64,000 nucleotides of DNA from Antedon mediterranea (taxonomy: Eukaryota; Animalia; Echinodermata). The position numbers and the translations under genes are program-made. Positions 56,531 through 64,000 of this stretch are shown one piece after another; position 1 is the first letter of the stretch, and each line of letters starts with the position of its first letter. Under the pieces are notes generated by a model. The model ran no database searches, had not been told where the DNA came from, and worked only from the letters and a program-made list of their open reading frames with translations. Location of the stretch: NCBI RefSeq assembly GCF_964355755.1, contig NC_092672.1:3038001-3102000 (forward strand), read 5' to 3'.

Positions 56531-57947
56531 AATGTAGCGGGTGTTCACTGTACTCCTCTTGCGTTCTGCGCAATTCTAACACCGCCAACTACAATAATAC
56601 ATTTGTATTGCAACTTAAGGAAACATTACAACAGTTGGTACTTAAGTGAAAAGGCCCTGACGACGACAAAAGAGGAAACATTGTTCATAGCAACAGACGA
56701 CCTCGTTAACCTATCCAATCTTACCTTTCTTTGCTAATAATATAATGTATATACACCCTCAACAACAACGCATGCATTTTCTCGTCTTTCAATTCAGAAT
56801 GTGGCTATCACAATAAACACAACAGATAAAATACTTACATTTCTGTTTTAATCATTTTACTATGCTAGTGTAATACAGTAAATTCGTTTAATCTTGACTA
56901 TTCCATTTTGGTGAGGTTACTCCAATTTGTCACTGATTACTCAACCTATCCAATATAATCCAAGTACGCGTGCGAAACATAAAGAGCATTATACATTACC
57001 CGGATGCTCGTCACTAAATTGACTATGAACAAACTGCACACGATCGTTTCTTACCAAGTAAAGTTCAATACTTGGTATGAAACAATCGTCACTTCATAAG
57101 TTTGACATATTTCACCAACCCTATTGATCTAATCTAACAGACTCATACAGAGGTAAATATGTTTTAAGATAAAACCTAAATTTATCCAAATTATACCCTT
57201 ATGGTCTTCTTGTTAACTTAGCATGAGGTAGTATCATTCAGGAAAGTCATTGTTAATTTAAAATTTTTTTTCTAGACAAATCGTGCAAATAAAATACGCT
57301 AAAAATGCTTTTTTTAGTCGAAAGAAAAGATACGGGACGCTGTTTGATGACATTGATAAATAATTGTGCAAACACATATGGTTTAGATTTGTTTCAACTC
57401 CTCTATAATGTGGCGCGTAGATTTGTAAAAACTAGGGCTACAAACAAGAACTGGGCAAATGGTAACATCTATAATGGCTTCTGATTCTGAATGAACGAGC
57501 AATAATAACCTTATAATACTGTATGTTTCGATGGAATGGTTAAACTTTTTTTGAATTCTCTTTTTCAACTAAAAAAATTACTATTCTATAAAAAAATGTC
57601 TACAAACGAAAATACGAATCAATATAAAATATTTATGACCGTGTTCACATTTTTTCGCCGCACTTTATGGAATGAAAGGAAAGAAATTGTGATTCCTGAT
57701 GTGTGCATTTAATTGTGTTTGTTTTTTAGATACCTTGATATAATTAATGCCTATAATACTGTACATAAGCGAGCATAGCGTAATAGTTGTAATCAATCAA
57801 AACCACCTATTTTTTTTTATTGTGTTTTCATTCTTGAATATTATTTTGATTCCTACTTCTTATAATATTATGTTTTATGTATTTTATATTTGATTTTTTT
57901 TTTGTGCCACTAATTTTAAAAGGTGATATCCAATGAATTAAACAATT

Positions 57948-58326
57948 TTATATAACACCTACACACATTCATGTCATTTGATTGGACGATTGTATCACAT
58001 GGCGTGAAATAGTATACAAATAATGAATGTTTATGAGTGCAATGGTACAAATAATGGCACGAGGTGAATGATGAAAGGTTATATCAACGAGGCAAAGCCG
58101 AGTTGATATAACCTTTCATCATTCACCAAGTGCCATTATTTGTACCATTACACGAATACAAAACATTCATTATTTGTTTTATATAACATCTAGACGTTTT
58201 TTTTTCGTACACAAAAATGTTTCAAAAAGTACTATTTAACGATCGTTGAATAGTGCGTACTATTGCACGCCATGTGACCCACATTCGTCCAATCAAATGA
58301 CAGGAATTTATATAGGTGTTATATAA
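57948..58326. mobile_element. Palindromic MITE-like element, ~380 bp
   Basis: TTATATAACACCTA / TAGGTGTTATATAA ends; long inner stem centred on ATATCAACGAGGCAAAGCCGAGTTGATAT. Confidence 0.85.
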
Positions 58327-58865
58327 TACGTACTATTTAACGATCGTGAAAAGGTACTTTTTTTTTATTTTTCGCGTATATCCAATACAGCACCGTCTGT
58401 TCTTTGACGCGCACCACGCGATCGCTCCTTCACAACGAGATCAGAACAATGACAACAACAGTGGCAATGACAAGAATCTATTTCGATGTTCTATAACAAA
58501 TACGGTAATGAATGTTTTTATATTCGTTCTATCTCATATTTAAAACTCAAGACGATGCTGCTAGGTATATGGTAAATAACGTACGCCTATGAAAAACAAA
58601 TGTACTGGTATAATGAACTGTGTGAAATCAATGATTTTTTCCATTTTTGGTCCAACTGAATAAAACATAATAAAATGAGAGCATTATTTCTATAATACAA
58701 TCAAATAATGTTCTATTATGCTTATTAATATTCTGAAAATGTGTACAATTCAAAAAGTATTTTTAAAAACGGTAGAAAAAAAACATTTCTATCGAAGTTG
58801 CTAAAATCAGTAAGAAAGTAAAATTCGACAAAATTAAATTTATTATTATTCTTTACAGATTCAAA

Positions 58866-59588
58866 ATGGATGAAAATGTTGTAGAATTCCAAACATTTCT
58901 GAGTGAACTCAGTGAACACTATTCTGGTGTAAAGATGCGATGGCTGAGAATGCTTCTATTTGGTATTATACCCATTGGAACTCTTGATGAAAAATCAGCC
59001 CTAGTTTTATTTAATCAACTGACTGAACGTGGATTGATTTCCAAAACTGATTTGAAGCTGTTGTCGGACATTGCTGAAGTAACCATGATGGCCTTAGCAA
59101 CAAAACGCATAGACAAATATAAGAACACTATCCAAAGTAGCGATACAGCAGGTGTAGGATTAACAGCATATCGCAGAGCAATGTTTAATGTGCTAACTAA
59201 CACTGACGAAGACGATTTGATGACGGTTATTGGTTTCTACAAACTGCGTGACTACAAATACAACAACATATGGGATGTTGTATATCACATTGAGAAAGCC
59301 GGACGCTTGAATTCACAAGACGACGTTGACACTTTTGCAAAGCGTATAAACCAACATGCACAAAGTTTTCTAAAAGGTAGATTGCCACATTATTATACAT
59401 AATACACTTACTTGAGATCATTTTGATTTAAATAGAACCTAATGTAGGCCTTTTTCAGTAATTTGCCTTTGGCTATCATTTCTAATAATTTAATCGTTTC
59501 AAATTAATTCATTAAACAAAATAACATCCGAGTCGAACAAAAGTGCATGTCTTTTTTCAGTAGTTTGCCTTTGGCGCTTCATGAATTA

Positions 59589-59630
<42 letters not shown>

Positions 59631-62600
59631 CTGAAAAGATGAGGGCGTATCAATTTGATCACTGCATGGTGCGCGTGCGTACAATTGAGGGATTGGCGCT
59701 GTCTACCGTACCACGCCGAGAGTGTTAAAGAGTCACTATCCAACAATACCATGACAGCCCCAGCATTCTAATGGTTGGACATCTGCATATAAAGCAGAAG
59801 GTTCCCGGTTCAAATCTCGGTTGGGGGGATTTTTTCTCTTTCTTACAGATTTCAACTTTATCGTTTCAAATAAACAAAACAACATCCATTTAAGTCGCAA
59901 TAAAGGTGCAATTGTTAGAACATATATATTTCTGTTATGTTAGTTATATTTCTTATTACACGATGAAACATAATTTATGTTGAATTAATGTTTCCAATAG
60001 TTGAATTATTTGAGGTATAGAACATTCATTGTAATGTACCGCATAATTTTGCTCTCAATCGGTAGTTTTTTTTTAGGTAGAATATTGTCAAATTTTTTCT
60101 TATTATTTTCTTATTAAAACAGGGCAAGTGGCAACCAATAGTAATGAAGACCAAGGAATGCGAAAAGAGGGTAAATCAGAAACAGGTTTGTTGCTTTCAG
60201 AATAATAACATTTAAACAAAATCTTTTTTAATGTTTAATTATAATCTGACCCCATGTTGAACGATATAGCATATTTCCGACACCTCCTGATGGATATTAA
60301 ATTGTGTTTGCCGCCCTCTATAAATTCGTCTATACTACAATCAATGAAAAAACGAACAACAATTATAATAACTTCATTAACCAAATACTGTGTGATTAAA
60401 TTTTCTGTAGCAAAAAAACATTCTTAATAGACTAAAAACATGAGATTATCTAGCCCTGCAAAAACATAAATAAATAGTTAACATGATTACATTCATATTC
60501 ATTTAGTAAAAACACTGCTTAATGGATCAATTGATAATCGGCAATAATAATATTAATAATGTTTTCCAAAATAAAATATATTCAGAAAAGATAGACTTTA
60601 GTTATTTTTCTTTAACAGATGAGAAAGTGTCGACGACTTTTAAAGAAGAACAAGGAAAGCGAAGAGAATATAATGACTCCGCCTCACGACGAAACAGAAA
60701 ATCTGTCTTTGTTACTTTTTTCAAAAGATTTGGCTTGAAAAAATCAGATTCAAGTGAGTTACTTCAGTTATTATGCATTAACATAATAATATGGTATTTG
60801 AATGCAATAATTGTACACACACGGTTTCCTATTTAGAAAGTATATTAAGTAAAAATGAGTTGTTTGATTGGTTTAGATAGATTTAAAAATTTATTTTTGA
60901 AATAAAGTTTATTAAATAAAATCACATCTCAATTTTGTTCATTTAATCATAATTAATTTGAAAATAACATGTCTAAACAATTCATGAGATTTTGTAATCA
61001 AATTCAATAGTAGTAATTGACTATTTTCATCCTGATGTACTGTAGAATTACAATCCGAATATTAACTCAAACACAGTTTAAAGTTTAGTTCTGATTAATT
61101 ATATATTTTGTTTGCCGCCCTCTATAATCCCTTTTATTTTCATGGACACACGTCACACTCACAGATACTGTAGTATTAATTATAAAATGCACAGTTGTAT
61201 ATGCCATTTGACATACAATTGTGGATGATGATAAATGAATGTGATTATGACGTAGATTGTGAGTTTAGTTTCACTCATAAACGTCCATGCAACAAATAGC
61301 CTACCTAATAATAACATTTATTAAAACAGGGCAAGTGGCAACCAGTAGTAATGAAAAACAAGGAATGCCAAAAGATGTTAAATCAGAAACAGGTTAGTTA
61401 CTATAATTTTGCTCTCAATCGGTAGTTTTTTAGGTAGTATTATTATTTCATTTTTGTTCTTATTATTATTTTATTATTAAAACAGAGCAAGTGACAACCA
61501 GTTATATTGGGCCTAATAAAGAACAAGGAATGCGAGAAGAGGTTAAACCAGAAACAGGTGAGTTACTAATAATGTACCGTAAAATTTTGCTCTCAATTTT
61601 ATGGTAGTACAGGTATAATTATTTCATTTTTTTTTATTATGTGATTATTAAAACAGGGCAAGTGGCGACCAGTAGTAGGCATAATGAACAAGGAATTCGA
61701 AAAGAGGTTAAATCAGAAACAGGTTAGAATTGCTTTCAGAATAATATTTAAACAAAACCATTTTGAACAACGATAAACAATTATAGGAAGCTGGTTAACA
61801 TCATAATAAGTAACTTGACTCATATTATACACATTATACCTTTACACAGAAATACCTAGCTTTAAATTTATGATTATTTATGATTTATTGTGGGAGGACT
61901 CAGTTGCCCTCAAAAGAATATGTCTACAAAAACCACGAAACTACTTAAACAATGTGAACTTCACAACAAGTTACAATTACGTTCTTACAAACTACAGTAT
62001 AGACAAACAGTTACAAGATAATCAGAAATCTGCCGAGGTTCCCTCATCATAAATATTGCACACTCTGAATGCTCTCGGCGGTACATGACACACTGTTATT
62101 GGAGCGGAATTAAGAATTTTACAGCTGTAACTGGCAAGAAATGATTTGGGAGGATTTTATTACTTTTAATACACTAAACTTACAGAGTAGCCTACGGCCC
62201 TGAAAGTTAATTTTTGTTTACTGCCCACTGTTGAGAATATTGTCACGCCTTCTCTGATGGATTAAAAATTGTGTTTGTCGCCCTCTATAATTCCGCCTAT
62301 ACAACACACAATGAAGAAACGAAAGTTGCACAATAACTTAATTAACCACAAAGTGTGTGATTATAGTTTCTGATACTGGCGAAAAAAAACAGCAATAATA
62401 TATACAAGAGGAAATTTAAAAGTGAATACTTGGCCTCATACTACATTTCTATAACAATCAAACATTCTTAATGCATTAAAAACATTAGATGAGTAGTAGT
62501 AATTAGTGTTTATTTTTGATTAATATATGTAACTTTACTTTCTATGGTCCATAGATTCCGAAATAAAAGATTGAATAAATAATCAAATCACATCGTCTTA

Positions 62601-64000
62601 CTTCAATTTTGCTCATTTAATTATAATTAATTTGAAATAAAAGACTATAATTGTATATATGCCATTTTGCATAATATTGTGGATAATCATAAATAAATGT
62701 AAATAAATCATAAACATCTTACGTAACAAATAGCATTTTAACTTAATAAAATACATGTATATGGTATTAAAAAAAACAACATGTCATACCCTGGGTCGTG
62801 TGTCATTTAACTCTGTTCACGAAATAACAAAGAATAAAATACGCAAAATCAACTAATTTTAATATTGCAAACCAGTTAATTGTAATTTAGGATAAATGGC
62901 AAGGTTTTAAATTAAATTAATTCGTACACGCGTGCAATATTTCTGAATAAAGCAAATTTATTTATAATTTTACTTCCCTATTAAATGAAATGTCAAAACT
63001 ATCACTTTGAACTCAATTTCTATTATATCTGTTATTTGTTATTGCTTTCATATTAAGAACAAAAGTTGTACTGAGATGCCTGAAAAATCTTTATTTTGTT
63101 TTACTACTTTACAACTCATTTTTTATATCAACTACAAAAAAAAAAAAATTAATATATGCGTGTTACAACGCTAATGTCGTAAACAGTGAAATATCAGCTT
63201 CAGTAAAAACCTCCAGCTAGCTACTAATATTGAAACATCAACAGCTTATGTAGTAAATAAAAAAAAACAAAACAACATCTACTGTAGTTATTGGAGTAAC
63301 AAAATTGCCTCATAGTTAATGTAGTTGCTATGGAGACAGCTGGAGGTTTTAGCATAAGCTGTGGATTGCTCTACATTAAACGGTTGTTACGATTTGCTGG
63401 CGACCACCAGTCGTTTAATCATGGAGGTACAGTATAAAATAATAATAATATTTTATACCTCCATGCTTTAACCGAGTTTTATTTCTGATTGATAATAAAT
63501 TGTGTTTGTCGCCCTCTATATTATTTACTTGGTTTACTACTTCGGCGCGGCTCCAGCACTTCTTATTGTATTACAATACTAGAAATTACAAGGCCCTTAT
63601 TAAATAAAATAAATTTATTTTACTAAAATATTGTTTTTGCCATTTTTCTTCGCATCTAGACAAGATTGAAGAATATCTGCTTCAAAGACAAAAGAAATTG
63701 TGTAGCCAGGCCAGTATATTTACACCAGAAACAATGCGTGATAGATACAAAGTTGACATTTCGCAGATGTTCACTGATTTAGAACTACTGAAAGAAGGTG
63801 ACAAGAATGAAGGCTGCAAGCCAACAACATTAACAGAAGTGGTAGATGTTATCAGCTCCACACCTGGATGTAGAGCTCTTATAGATGGAGAGGGTGGGAT
63901 AGGTAAAACTACCATATTAAGGCATTTATCATACAACTGGGCTACGGCTACACAATCGATTAAAGCATTTGAAGGCAAAATTGTATTTCTTTTAAGTGTA
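58866..64000 (+). CDS. NLR2 (3' partial): tandem DED exon, five linker exons, start of NACHT
   Basis: Exons 58866-59376, 60123-60185, 60619-60753, 61330-61392, 61486-61557, 61657-61722, 63660->64000, all phase 1 with open frames; Walker A GEGGIGKTT at ~63887. Confidence 0.82.
59755..59830 (+). mobile_element. tRNA-like SINE head
   Basis: TCTAATGGTTGG (A-box-like), GGTTCAAATC (B box) and CCCCAGC/GTTGGGG pairing; too degenerate to be a tRNA gene. Confidence 0.5.

Noticed and set aside
56287-56649. ORFs with EPDHNPRVI / MIRFGNHPR repeats
   Set aside because: Products of the 30-bp minisatellite.

Overview
AT-rich, intron-rich animal DNA, probably from an invertebrate deuterostome (echinoderm-like; inferred only from the gene content). 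Order along the window: (1) two tandem SLC17/sialin-like MFS transporter copies (292-5706 and 7705-15235), both disabled by different lesions; (2) a four-exon C22orf39/UPF0545 homolog on the minus strand that the ORF track does not show, head-to-head with (3) an intact 13-coding-exon golgin A3 gene (~2060 aa); (4) a complete tandem-DED / micro-exon linker / NACHT / short-LRR NLR gene whose intron holds a 7.3-kb almost perfect palindromic (foldback) element; (5) a decayed 3' fragment of HELLS; (6) a copy of the GOLGA3 3' UTR; (7) a second NLR paralog with a very different DED exon but a near-identical NACHT region, cut by the window end. Many non-autonomous elements are present (Helitrons, TTAA-TSD MITEs, tRNA-derived SINEs, a LINE fragment, minisatellites). 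The strongest unexplained signal comes from comparing duplicated segments: they differ again and again by TA-[2-5 nt]-TA insertions (GGCC, CAG/CTG, CGG/CCG, GC, CG). These look like DNA-transposon excision footprints; they pile up beside promoters, frameshift three exons and add in-frame residues to NLR linker exons. A second signal is a family of 26-48 bp hairpins flanked by 5-bp direct repeats. Coordinates and alignments were worked out by eye, with no database searches.
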